A stretch of DNA of 50,069 bases, from contig DATBSS010000643.1 in NCBI GenBank assembly GCA_036559665.1, positions 1 through 50,069 on the forward strand. Reading direction: 5' to 3'. Source of the stretch: Myxococcaceae bacterium. GTDB taxonomy: Bacteria; Myxococcota; Myxococcia; Myxococcales; Myxococcaceae. Of this stretch, positions 1 to 7,695 are shown piece after piece (the stretch's first letter is position 1; the number at the start of each line of letters is the position of its first letter). The position numbers and the translations under genes are program-made. The notes beneath the pieces were generated by a model. The model ran no database searches. It was not told where the DNA came from and was given only the letters and a program-made list of their open reading frames with translations.

Positions 1-8
1 GAAAGACA

Positions 9-46
9 TCGGCCAGTACATCAGCGCTGGCTGATGTACTGGCCGA
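9..46. repeat. Perfect 17-bp inverted repeat with a 4-nt loop (strong hairpin); function unknown
   Basis: TCGGCCAGTACATCAGC (9..25) is the exact reverse complement of GCTGATGTACTGGCCGA (30..46), with loop GCTG. It sits in a locally less GC-rich stretch at the window edge. It lies just 3' (minus-strand sense) of the tRNA-like element and the methyltransferase gene. Confidence 0.8.
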
Positions 47-69
47 CCCCTCTAAACCCCTGAATTCTG

Positions 70-141
70 AGCGGGAAAAGGGGTTCCAACCCTCGACCTC
101 CGCCTTGGCAAGGCGGACAGCTCTCTGAACGGTCACCCCGC
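70..141 (-). pseudogene. tRNA-Gly(GCC)-like remnant: the 3' two-thirds has tRNA layout, the 5' part and D-arm are degenerate
   Basis: Read on the minus strand: anticodon arm CCGCC-TTGCCAA-GGCGG (116..100, anticodon GCC at 109..107), variable AGGTC, T-arm GAGGG-TTGGAAC-CCCTT (94..78), acceptor 3' strand TTCCCGC (77..71), discriminator T. This layout closely matches bacterial tRNA-Gly(GCC). Against a functional tRNA: the T-loop has G where invariant C56 is expected, no D-stem or GG D-loop can be drawn, position 8 is G, and there is no CCA. The putative 5' acceptor strand (141..135) overlaps the methyltransferase stop codon (133..135). Confidence 0.5.
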
Positions 142-918
142 CCCCAACACCATCACCCGATCCAACCGGTTGCTCGTCCACGCGATGGGCCGATCCACCC
201 GGTACTCGAAGTCGAACACCTCCCGCACCCGCAACCCCGCCGCCCGGAACGCTGCCTGCGCCTCCACCTCGTCGTAGGTCCGGAACGCCCACTCCGTCTC
301 GATCAGCCAATCCTTCCCCGGCCCGCGCACGCGTAGCCGGTTCCGCATCCGCGCCCTCCGCGCGCGCCGGTCCGGCGGCCACTCCCTCGTGTTGCACACC
401 ACCCGGTCCCGCCCCGCCCTCCCCTCCCACCGCTCGTGCAGGTGCCCCTCCCTCCCGTAGTCGGTGAGGTGGAACCCCAGCACGTAGATTCCCTGCGGCT
501 TCAGCAGTCTCCGCACCGACGACAGGTGCGCCACCGCCGCCGCCTCGCTGTCCAGGTACCGGAACGTGGACACCAGCGAGTACGCCACGTCCACCCGCTC
601 CCGCAGCTCCGTCGGCGCGTAGAACTCCATCCGCCCCAGCTCCATCCTCGCCTTCAACCCCGCCCGCTTCAGCCGCCGCCGCGCGTGCGCCAGCATCACC
701 TCCGACGCGTCGTACCCCACCATCCGCAGCCCCCGCCGCGCCCCCTCCTCGATCAACCTCCCCGCCCCGCACGCAGGCTCCAGCAAGAGCTCCCCGCCCG
801 TCCCGTACCGCCGCGACAGCTCCAGCACGAAGTCCATCTCGCGCGCCGTGTCCGTGCCGAAGATGGCCTCGTAGTAGCGCGGGTGCGCGTACCAGTCCTT
901 CAGCCTGCGCACCGTCAT
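133..918 (-). CDS. Class I SAM-dependent methyltransferase
   Basis: This is the C-terminal 261 aa of ORF 133..1614, starting at the internal ATG (MTVRRLKDWY...). Motif I is LLEPACGAGRL and the rest is protein-like. The upstream 230 aa of the ORF are Gly/Ala/Arg junk antisense to the ZIP gene. The ATG overlaps the ZIP stop by 4 nt (ATGA). Confidence 0.85.
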   Translation of the reverse strand: MTVRRLKDWYAHPRYYEAIFGTDTAREMDFVLELSRRYGTGGELLLEPACGAGRLIEEGARRGLRMVGYDASEVMLAHARRRLKRAGLKARMELGRMEFYAPTELRERVDVAYSLVSTFRYLDSEAAAVAHLSSVRRLLKPQGIYVLGFHLTDYGREGHLHERWEGRAGRDRVVCNTREWPPDRRARRARMRNRLRVRGPGKDWLIETEWAFRTYDEVEAQAAFRAAGLRVREVFDFEYRVDRPIAWTSNRLDRVMVLGAG

Positions 919-1682
919 CCCCGGGAGCCGAGGTGGTGGTCCGGCAATACCAACGTCAGCGCGAACATGATCAGCAGCCCCACCAACAGCCCGCCGATGT
1001 TCGCCAGCTTCCGGTCGCGCCCGTGCCGGTTGATGTGCGGCAGCAGGTCCGACACCGCGATGTACAGGAACGTCCCCGCCGAGAACGCCAGCGCCGCCGG
1101 CGTCATCCGCGGCCAGTGCGCCACCTGCTGCAGCCCGTAATAGAGGACCGCCCCCAGCGGCACCATCAGCCCGAACACCAGCACCAGCGACAGCACCCGC
1201 CCCTTCGACCGCCCCTCCGCCTTCAGGATCGACGCCAGCGACAGCGACGACGGCACCTTGTGCGCCACGATGGCCAGGAACGCCATCATCCCGATCCCCT
1301 CCGCCACCGCGGACGCCAGCGCCACCCCGTCGAACAACGTGTGCACGGAGAGCCCCAGGAACGCCGTCATCCCGAACGCCGGACGGTGCGCGTGCTCCTC
1401 GCACTCGGGCGGCTCCTCGCAGGCGTGCACCAGCACGTACCGCTCCAGCAGGAACAACCCCACGAACCCGACCGGCACGAAGCCGACCGCCCAGGCGCCT
1501 CCCGACTCGAACGCCTCCGGCAGCATGTGGAAGAACGCCGCGCCCAGCATCACCCCGGCCGCGAAGGCCAGGAAGAGCACCATCCGCTTCCGGCCGTCCG
1601 TGAGCACCGGCCACAGCGCGCCGGCGAAGGCCGAGGCGACGATCGCCCCCGAGTACCCGAACACCCTGACCGCCTGCTCCAT
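915..1682 (-). CDS. ZIP-family divalent metal (zinc) transporter
   Basis: 255-aa polytopic membrane protein with HTLFDGVALA and HKVPSSLSLASIL motifs and a His/Cys/Glu-rich loop (CEEPPECEEHAH), as in ZupT/ZIP proteins. Confidence 0.8.
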   Translation of the reverse strand: MEQAVRVFGYSGAIVASAFAGALWPVLTDGRKRMVLFLAFAAGVMLGAAFFHMLPEAFESGGAWAVGFVPVGFVGLFLLERYVLVHACEEPPECEEHAHRPAFGMTAFLGLSVHTLFDGVALASAVAEGIGMMAFLAIVAHKVPSSLSLASILKAEGRSKGRVLSLVLVFGLMVPLGAVLYYGLQQVAHWPRMTPAALAFSAGTFLYIAVSDLLPHINRHGRDRKLANIGGLLVGLLIMFALTLVLPDHHLGSRG

Positions 1683-1695
1683 CTCGCCTTGGACC

Positions 1696-2862
1696 TTAAC
1701 GCCGCTCCGGCTCCGGCGCTGGCGCCGCCGCGGCGTCCACCGCCGACTTCGGCGTCTCCGGGGGCGCCGAGGCCCGGGTCCGAGGCAACCAGTCGGGGTG
1801 CTCGGTGATGAAGGTCACCAGGCGTTCGCGCACCGCGCAGCGGAGGTCCCACAGCTTCTCCGGCCCCATGGCGCTCACCAGCGCGCGCAGCCGGATGGTG
1901 CGGTCCGTGGCGTCGGCGACCTGGAGCTGCGCCATCCCCCCGTCCCACAGCCCCTCCGGGATGCCCGCCATCACCTCTTTCAGCTTCGCCCGCACCTGCT
2001 CCACGTCCGTCGTGTAGTCCACGTCCAGGGTGACCGCGCCCATGAGCCGGGGCTCGCCGCGGCTCCAGTTCTGGAACGGCTTCTCCAGGAAGTAGCTGAT
2101 GGGCACCACCAGGCGCCGCAGGTCCCAGAACTTCACCGTCACGAAGGTGAGGCTGATGTCCTCCACCGTCCCGAAGTCCCCCTCCAGGATGACCACGTCG
2201 CCGATCCGGACCGGCTGCGTCACCGAGAGCTGGATGCCCGCCAGGATGTTGGACAGGGACTTCTGCGCCGCCAGGCCGATGGCGAGGCCGGCGATTCCCG
2301 CCGACGCCAGCAGCGACACGCCCACGTTCCGCACCACGTCGAACTGGACCAGCACCAGCGCCGCGCCGATCACCCAGATCGCCACCTCGAACACCGCGCG
2401 CAGCACCGCCAGCTGGGTCTGCACCGCGCGCGCCCGCGCCATCTCCTGCGGATCGCCCGAGGCCTGCCGGCCGATGTGCGCCGCCGCCTGCCGCAAAAAG
2501 CGCAGCAGGAACCAGCCCACCGAGGCGATCACCGCCGCCCGCGCCACCACCTCGACGACGGTCTCCGTCGGTTCGCGCAGCACCAGCGGCCGGGTGGCGC
2601 CGAAGAGCACCACGGCCGCCGCCATCAGCCGCGTCGGCCCGCGGCTGGACGTCATCACCTCGTCGTCCCAGGTGGTCACCGTCAGCCGGGCGAGCCGCAC
2701 CCCGAGCGCCAGGACGCCCGCCTGGACCAGGGTGGCGAGGAACGGGGTCGCCACCACCACCACCACCAGGCACACCCACTGCCAGAGGTACATCCCTCCG
2801 ACCACGTGCTCGGTCAGGAAGGGCGGGAACCAGTGGTGCAGCGGCGACGCTCTCGGGTCCAT
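1696..2862 (-). CDS. MscS-family mechanosensitive ion channel
   Basis: N-terminal TM helices are followed by the MscS beta-domain signature (...GLAAQKSLSNILAGIQLSVTQPVRIGDVVILEGDFGTVEDISLTFVTVKFWDLRRLVVPISYF). The start could instead be the internal Met at 2793. Confidence 0.85.
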   Translation of the reverse strand: MDPRASPLHHWFPPFLTEHVVGGMYLWQWVCLVVVVVATPFLATLVQAGVLALGVRLARLTVTTWDDEVMTSSRGPTRLMAAAVVLFGATRPLVLREPTETVVEVVARAAVIASVGWFLLRFLRQAAAHIGRQASGDPQEMARARAVQTQLAVLRAVFEVAIWVIGAALVLVQFDVVRNVGVSLLASAGIAGLAIGLAAQKSLSNILAGIQLSVTQPVRIGDVVILEGDFGTVEDISLTFVTVKFWDLRRLVVPISYFLEKPFQNWSRGEPRLMGAVTLDVDYTTDVEQVRAKLKEVMAGIPEGLWDGGMAQLQVADATDRTIRLRALVSAMGPEKLWDLRCAVRERLVTFITEHPDWLPRTRASAPPETPKSAVDAAAAPAPEPERR

Positions 2863-2952
2863 CCAGGAGGGCCGGCATTTAGCAGCTTCCAGCCCTGTTG
2901 GGGGCTCGCCTCAGCCCAAGCGGTTGATTAAGAAGGCCTGGGGGAACCCACG

Positions 2953-3354
2953 GTGACGGACGAGAAGCGGACGGACGAGAAGCGCAAGATCCTCCTCATC
3001 GACGACAGCGAGATCACCCTGGCGCTGGAGAAGTCCGTGCTGGAGTCGCGCGGGTACGACGTCCGGGCCACCTCCACGCTGATGGAGTTCGAGAAGACGC
3101 TCCAGTCCTGGAAGCCGCACCTCATCCTCACGGACATCCACATGCCGGAGGCCACCGGCGCGGACATCTGCCGCACCCTCAAGAACGAGTACGGCACCCA
3201 GGACATCCCCATCGTCCTCTTCTCCAGCCTCCCCGACGACGAGCTGTCCCGCCTGGCGGAGCAGGTCGGCGCGGACGGCTACCTCTCCAAGGCCAACGGC
3301 CTGGACGCCATGGGCGAGAAGGTCGACCAGCTGGTGGCGAGCATCATCTGGTGA
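2953..3354 (+). CDS. Single-domain (CheY-like) response regulator receiver
   Basis: KILLIDDSE, ILTDIHMPE (phospho-acceptor Asp), VLFSS and YLSKA fit the receiver-domain pattern, and there is no output domain. GTG start is preceded by GGGGGAA. The N-terminus carries a 15-bp tandem duplication (TDEKR x2). Confidence 0.9.
   Translation: MTDEKRTDEKRKILLIDDSEITLALEKSVLESRGYDVRATSTLMEFEKTLQSWKPHLILTDIHMPEATGADICRTLKNEYGTQDIPIVLFSSLPDDELSRLAEQVGADGYLSKANGLDAMGEKVDQLVASIIW
2956..2985 (+). repeat. 15-bp tandem duplication (2 copies, 14/15 identical) inside the response-regulator N-terminus
   Basis: ACGGACGAGAAGCGG (2956..2970) and ACGGACGAGAAGCGC (2971..2985) encode TDEKR-TDEKR. Confidence 0.9.
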
Positions 3355-4868
3355 GGCTCGCCTGGGCGGCGCCCGCCCTGCTCCTCCTGGCGCTCACCTC
3401 GCGCTGCACCCGGCACCCGCAGCGGGCGGAGGCCCAGGACGGCGGCCGCGCGGTGCTCTTCGTGGCGGCGGACCTGCGCGGCTACGTGGGCCCCTGCGGG
3501 TGCAGCGAGAACATGCGCGGCGGTCTCGGGCGGGCGGCGGAGCAGATCGCCCAGGCCCGCAGGTCCGGCCTGCCCACCCTCTTCGTGGAGGGCGGCGACA
3601 GCCTCTTCGGCCCCGGCCCGCTCCGCGACGCCCAGGTGCCGCAGGAGGAGCGCAAGGCGCGCGCGCTGGCGCAGGCCTTCCAGCAGATGGGCCTTTTGGT
3701 CCGCGCCCGCGGCGAGCTGGACGGCGCCCGCGGGGAGCCCTTCCGCAAGTCGCTCGGGCTCCCGGAGCTGGCCCCGGGCGAGGCGAAGGTGCTGGAGCCC
3801 GGCGGGTCCCGCATCGCCGTGGCGGCCGGGAACACCGACGCGGAGCTCCTCCAGGCGGCAAAGAAGGCGCGCGAGTCGGGCGCGCCGTTCGTGGTGGGGC
3901 TGTACCACCGCAGCGCGGGTGAGGCGCAGCGGCTGGCGGCGGACCCGGCGCTCCAGGCCGATCTCCTGGTGGCCACCCACAGCGACGGCATCGAAGCGGC
4001 GGACAACGGCAAGCTCATCCAGGGCAGCGGCGTCCCCGTAGCGCAGGTGCAGGACAAGGGCCAGATGCTGCTGCGCGTGGACCTGGCGTTCGAAGGTGGC
4101 GCCGAGCGCTTCCAGCCGCTGCGCACGGCGCAGGACGTGGAGAAGGAGGCGGCCGCCATCCAGGATCGGATCGCCATGCTCAACGCCCAGGTGAACGAAC
4201 CGGGCATCGACCCGCAGCTGCACGCGATGAAGCAACAGAAGGTGGAGGAGTTGGTGGCGCGCCGGGCCTCCCTCCTCGCGGCTCCACCCCCACCGCTGCA
4301 GGGGAAGAACGCGTTCTCGGTCCGCTTCATCCCCCTGGACGCCGCCCTCCCCATGGACGCGGCCGTGAAGGCGACGGTGGAGGCCTACGACCGCGACGTC
4401 TCCAAGCTCAACCTCGAGTGGGCGAAGCAGCACGGCCAGGACTGCCCGGCGCCCACCACGGAGACGCCCGGCTTCGTGGGCAACGCGCGCTGCGCCGAGT
4501 GCCACGACGACTCGTTCCCGGTCTACCGGAAGACCAAGCACGCGCACGCCTTCGCCACGCTGGTGGAGGCCGGGAAGCAGTACCACCTCAACTGCTTCGG
4601 CTGTCACGTCACCGGCGCCTACCAGCCTGGCGGCGTGTGCCGGGTCGACAAGATGGAGGAGCGGGAGAACGTCGGCTGCGAGAGCTGCCACGGACCGGGG
4701 TCGGCGCACTCGGAGGACCCGTCCGTGAAGAACATCGCCCGCAAGCCCGACCAGGCAGCGTGCGTGAAATGCCACGAGCACGAGAACTCGCCGAACTTCG
4801 ACTTCGCCAAGTACCTGCCCCAGGTCCTCGGGCCTGGCCACGGGCAGCCCCTGGCCAAAAAGAAATGA
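3351..4868 (+). CDS. Secreted tetrahaem c-type cytochrome with a large N-terminal non-haem domain (possibly a degenerate metallophosphoesterase/5'-nucleotidase-like fold)
   Basis: N-terminal signal peptide (MRLAWAAPALLLLALTSRC). Four CxxCH motifs lie in the last ~130 aa (CAECH, CFGCH, CESCH, CVKCH). The GTG start overlaps the regulator stop (GTGA). The N-domain assignment is weak; it rests only on a VLFVAADLRGYVGPCGC-type beta-strand/loop pattern. Confidence 0.8.
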   Translation: MRLAWAAPALLLLALTSRCTRHPQRAEAQDGGRAVLFVAADLRGYVGPCGCSENMRGGLGRAAEQIAQARRSGLPTLFVEGGDSLFGPGPLRDAQVPQEERKARALAQAFQQMGLLVRARGELDGARGEPFRKSLGLPELAPGEAKVLEPGGSRIAVAAGNTDAELLQAAKKARESGAPFVVGLYHRSAGEAQRLAADPALQADLLVATHSDGIEAADNGKLIQGSGVPVAQVQDKGQMLLRVDLAFEGGAERFQPLRTAQDVEKEAAAIQDRIAMLNAQVNEPGIDPQLHAMKQQKVEELVARRASLLAAPPPPLQGKNAFSVRFIPLDAALPMDAAVKATVEAYDRDVSKLNLEWAKQHGQDCPAPTTETPGFVGNARCAECHDDSFPVYRKTKHAHAFATLVEAGKQYHLNCFGCHVTGAYQPGGVCRVDKMEERENVGCESCHGPGSAHSEDPSVKNIARKPDQAACVKCHEHENSPNFDFAKYLPQVLGPGHGQPLAKKK

Positions 4869-4973
4869 AAGAATTCTCGGGAAAATCGCCCATGCGGCCG
4901 GTTGTTTGACCGCCGAGAAACCTGGCGCATACCATCCCACCTGACCTCGGCCGCGCCGGGTCCCTTCCACGGC

Positions 4974-6965
4974 ATGCTGAATCTCCTGATTCCCTTGTGT
5001 CTGGGCTTCGGCCCGTCCTTCCAGACCGTGGACGTGCCGCTCGACGCACGCGACTTCGGCGCCCCGCTGGAGGCCGCCCCCGCCAGCCCGACCGCGACGG
5101 CTGCGACAGCTGCGACGGTCGCGACCGCCGAGGAGGCGCCCACCGACGGCTCCGAGGCCGACGGTGAGCCGGACGACGACGACGAGGTCGCCCGGAAGGT
5201 GGACGAGCAGTCCGCGGAGCTCGAGGAGATGCGGGCGCTGGAGGACGTGACCATCCCCGACCACGACGCGGCCCTTCGCGCGGAGCCGGGAGGTGGCCTG
5301 CGGGCCGCGGTGCGGCGGCTGGGCCTCGGCAACCCGATGCGGCACCACCTGCTGGACGCCCTTCAAGAGCTGGACGACGCGGCGCGCGACGCCAGCGCGG
5401 GCCCGCCGGAGCTGCCGCTGGTGACGGACCTCTCCAGCTTCGACGTCGGGACGGTGAAGGACGCCTACGACATCCCGGTGGAGATGCAGCCGCTGGTGGC
5501 GGAGTACATCCACTTCTTCCAGGGCGCAGGAAGGGTCTGGTTCCGCAAGTGGATGTCGCGCTCCACGCGCTACATCCCGATCATGACGCCCATCCTGGAG
5601 GCGTCCGGCGTCCCGCGCGACACGGTGTACCTGGCGATGATCGAGAGCGGCTTCTCCGCGCAGGCGTACTCCTGGGCGCATGCCTCCGGCCCATGGCAGT
5701 TCATCGCCACCACCGGGAAGCTGTTCGGGCTGCGGAACGACTTCTGGGTGGACGAGCGCCGGGACCCCATCAAGGCCACGGGCGCGGCGGCCCGCTTCCT
5801 CAAGGTCCTCCACGGGGACCTGGGCCACTGGTACCTGGCCTGGGCGGGCTACAACGCCGGCGGCGGCAAGGTGCGCCGGATGGTCGAGAAGAGGGGCTCG
5901 AAAGACTTCTGGGAGCTGTCGGAGGGCAAGGGCTTCGCCAAGGAGACCAAGCACTACGTCCCCAAGCTGATCGCCTGCGCGCTGGTGGCCAAGCACCCCC
6001 GCGCCTTCGGCTTCTCCGACGACGAGTTCGACTACCAGCCCAAGCTGGAGTTCGAGGTGGTGGACGTGCCCGCGCCCACCGACCTGGAGGTGCTGGCGCG
6101 CGCCGCCGGCGCCACCGTGGACGAGCTCTCCGAGCTGAACCCGGAGCTCAAGCGCTGGTGCACGCCCCCGCAGCCGAACGGGAAGCCCTATCGCCTGCGC
6201 GTCCCCACCGGGCACGGGGCGACCTTCGCGGAGAGCTACCCCAAGCTCGCCCCATCCGAACGCCTGTCCTTCAAGGTGCACACGGTGAAGCGCGGGGACA
6301 CGCTCTCCAGCATCGCCGCCGCCTACGCCAGCGCGCCGGAGGCGATCATGCAGATGAACCGGCTGCGCAACCCGCGCTCGCTGAAGGTGAGCACGGAGCT
6401 GATCATCCCGGTGCCCAGCGGCCGCACCACCAGGGAGGGCCGCCCGGACGCCGCCATGGAGCGGCAGGTGGCTCGGGCCAAGCGGTCCGGGTTCGCCGCC
6501 GCCAAGCCGGAGGAAGAGGTGCCCGCAGGGGCGTCGAACAAGGCGGTCGCCGTAGGGCCCATCAAGACCGAACAGGTGAGCGGCCGGACGCGCGTCACCT
6601 ACGGCGTGCAGAGCGGCGATTCGCTGTGGGCGATCAGCCAGCGGTTCAACTGCTCGGTGGACGACCTGCGCAAGTGGAACGGGCTGTCGCGCCACGCGCG
6701 CCGCCTCCAGGTGGGAGCGCTGCTGTCGGTGTGGCCGGGCGAACCGTCCGCCGCGCCGGTGCAGAACGTGGGCGGCACGCTGCTGGCGGTGAAGACCGCG
6801 GACCCGGGCGCCGCCCGGAAGACGCACCAGCTGGCGGCCGGGGAGAGCCTGTGGACGGTCGCGCAGCACTACGGCCTCTCGGTGGCGGACCTCAAGAAGT
6901 GGAACGGCATCACCGACCACCACGCACTCCGGCCGGGGCAGACGCTGGTGCTCGCCGCGCCGTAA
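4974..6965 (+). CDS. Membrane-bound lytic murein transglycosylase (MltD-like): SLT domain plus three LysM domains
   Basis: SLT motifs MIESGFSAQAYSWAHASGPWQF and WAGYNAGGGKV. Three LysM repeats (HTVKRGDTLSSIAAAY..., YGVQSGDSLWAISQRF..., HQLAAGESLWTVAQHY...). I prefer ATG 4974 (signal-like MLNLLIPLCLGF) over the TTG at 4902 that opens the ORF. Confidence 0.88.
   Translation: MLNLLIPLCLGFGPSFQTVDVPLDARDFGAPLEAAPASPTATAATAATVATAEEAPTDGSEADGEPDDDDEVARKVDEQSAELEEMRALEDVTIPDHDAALRAEPGGGLRAAVRRLGLGNPMRHHLLDALQELDDAARDASAGPPELPLVTDLSSFDVGTVKDAYDIPVEMQPLVAEYIHFFQGAGRVWFRKWMSRSTRYIPIMTPILEASGVPRDTVYLAMIESGFSAQAYSWAHASGPWQFIATTGKLFGLRNDFWVDERRDPIKATGAAARFLKVLHGDLGHWYLAWAGYNAGGGKVRRMVEKRGSKDFWELSEGKGFAKETKHYVPKLIACALVAKHPRAFGFSDDEFDYQPKLEFEVVDVPAPTDLEVLARAAGATVDELSELNPELKRWCTPPQPNGKPYRLRVPTGHGATFAESYPKLAPSERLSFKVHTVKRGDTLSSIAAAYASAPEAIMQMNRLRNPRSLKVSTELIIPVPSGRTTREGRPDAAMERQVARAKRSGFAAAKPEEEVPAGASNKAVAVGPIKTEQVSGRTRVTYGVQSGDSLWAISQRFNCSVDDLRKWNGLSRHARRLQVGALLSVWPGEPSAAPVQNVGGTLLAVKTADPGAARKTHQLAAGESLWTVAQHYGLSVADLKKWNGITDHHALRPGQTLVLAAP
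5094..5126 (+). repeat. 9-bp tandem repeat (about 3.6 copies) encoding a (Thr-Ala)n linker
   Basis: GCGACGGCT GCGACAGCT GCGACGGTC GCGACC encodes ...TATAATAATVATA... in the MltD-like N-terminal linker. Confidence 0.8.
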
Positions 6966-6987
6966 CCGGGCGTGCCACGCTAGGGGC

Positions 6988-7620
6988 ATGACCCCTGTCC
7001 CGCTCCTCGGCGCGCTCGCCCTGCTCGCCGGCCCGGCCTCCTCCGCGGCCGAACCTCCCGTGCAAGCGTCGGTCTGGCTGAATTCCGGAGGCGTGCTGCT
7101 CACCGCGGCCGGCGGCGGGCGCACCATCGACATCCCGCTGGGCGTCACCATCCCGCTCCAGAACGGGCCCACCCTGTCCTTCGAGCTGACGTACTTCCAG
7201 TGGTCGTGCGTAGGCAACATCGCCTGCTCGGTCCGCTTCGAGCGCGGCGCGTTCGCGTCCGCCGGCTTCCACTTCGACACCGGGGGCAAGGGACCCCTGC
7301 AGGGCTTCTTCCTCGAGCCCAAGCTCCAGCTCTCCGGCTTCACCCGTACCTACAACAGCGGCTCCTCCGTCTTCGACGGCCTGACGCTGGGCGCCGAGTT
7401 GGGGCTGGACCTGGGCTACCAGTGGCGCGTGGGGTCGTTCTACCTGGCGCTCGTGGTGGGGGCCTCGGGGGGCGTGGCCACGCACTACCCGTCCGGCCTC
7501 TACGGTTTGCTGGTGGAGTGGAACGGGTCCAGCGTCCCGGGGTCGCAGCAGGCGCCGCAGACCCCGGCCTACATCTTCGGCGTCAACGCCAACGTGCTCC
7601 GCCTGGGCCTGACGTTCTAG
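6988..7620 (+). CDS. Secreted hypothetical protein, probable small outer-membrane beta-barrel
   Basis: Signal peptide ends ...LLAGPASSAA. The body has alternating Gly/aromatic beta-strand-like composition and a C-terminal ...VLRLGLTF ending in Phe (OMP-like terminus). It starts 22 nt after the MltD-like gene. Confidence 0.6.
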   Translation: MTPVPLLGALALLAGPASSAAEPPVQASVWLNSGGVLLTAAGGGRTIDIPLGVTIPLQNGPTLSFELTYFQWSCVGNIACSVRFERGAFASAGFHFDTGGKGPLQGFFLEPKLQLSGFTRTYNSGSSVFDGLTLGAELGLDLGYQWRVGSFYLALVVGASGGVATHYPSGLYGLLVEWNGSSVPGSQQAPQTPAYIFGVNANVLRLGLTF

Positions 7621-7695
7621 CCCTCCCCTCGCAACGTCTCGCCCCTGGGGTTGTCTTCGGGGAAGATGCGCCGCCCCAGACCACAGGGAGCCTTC

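Noticed and set aside
133-1614. Reading the methyltransferase as a 493-aa protein
   Set aside because: The first ~230 aa are Gly/Ala/Arg/Val junk overlapping the ZIP transporter gene on the same strand in another frame. The internal ATG at 918 gives a normal-sized class I methyltransferase with ATGA coupling to the ZIP stop.
3351-3410. Calling the tetrahaem cytochrome a lipoprotein (…ALTSRC)
   Set aside because: Arg at -1 and Ser at -2 do not fit the L-(A/S)-(G/A)-C lipobox. I report only a signal peptide.
4905-4933. Possible sigma-70 promoter (TTGACC-N16/17-CATACCA) upstream of the MltD-like gene
   Set aside because: The -35 box is good but the -10 match is weak in every register. I kept it only as soft support for preferring ATG 4974 over TTG 4902 and did not report it as a feature.
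3279-7343. 1354-aa minus-strand ORF spanning the cytochrome, MltD-like and barrel genes
   Set aside because: Its composition is dominated by Arg/Ala/Gly/Pro/Leu/His with no motifs. It is exactly antisense to three plus-strand genes that carry clear catalytic motifs. This is a typical shadow ORF of very GC-rich DNA.
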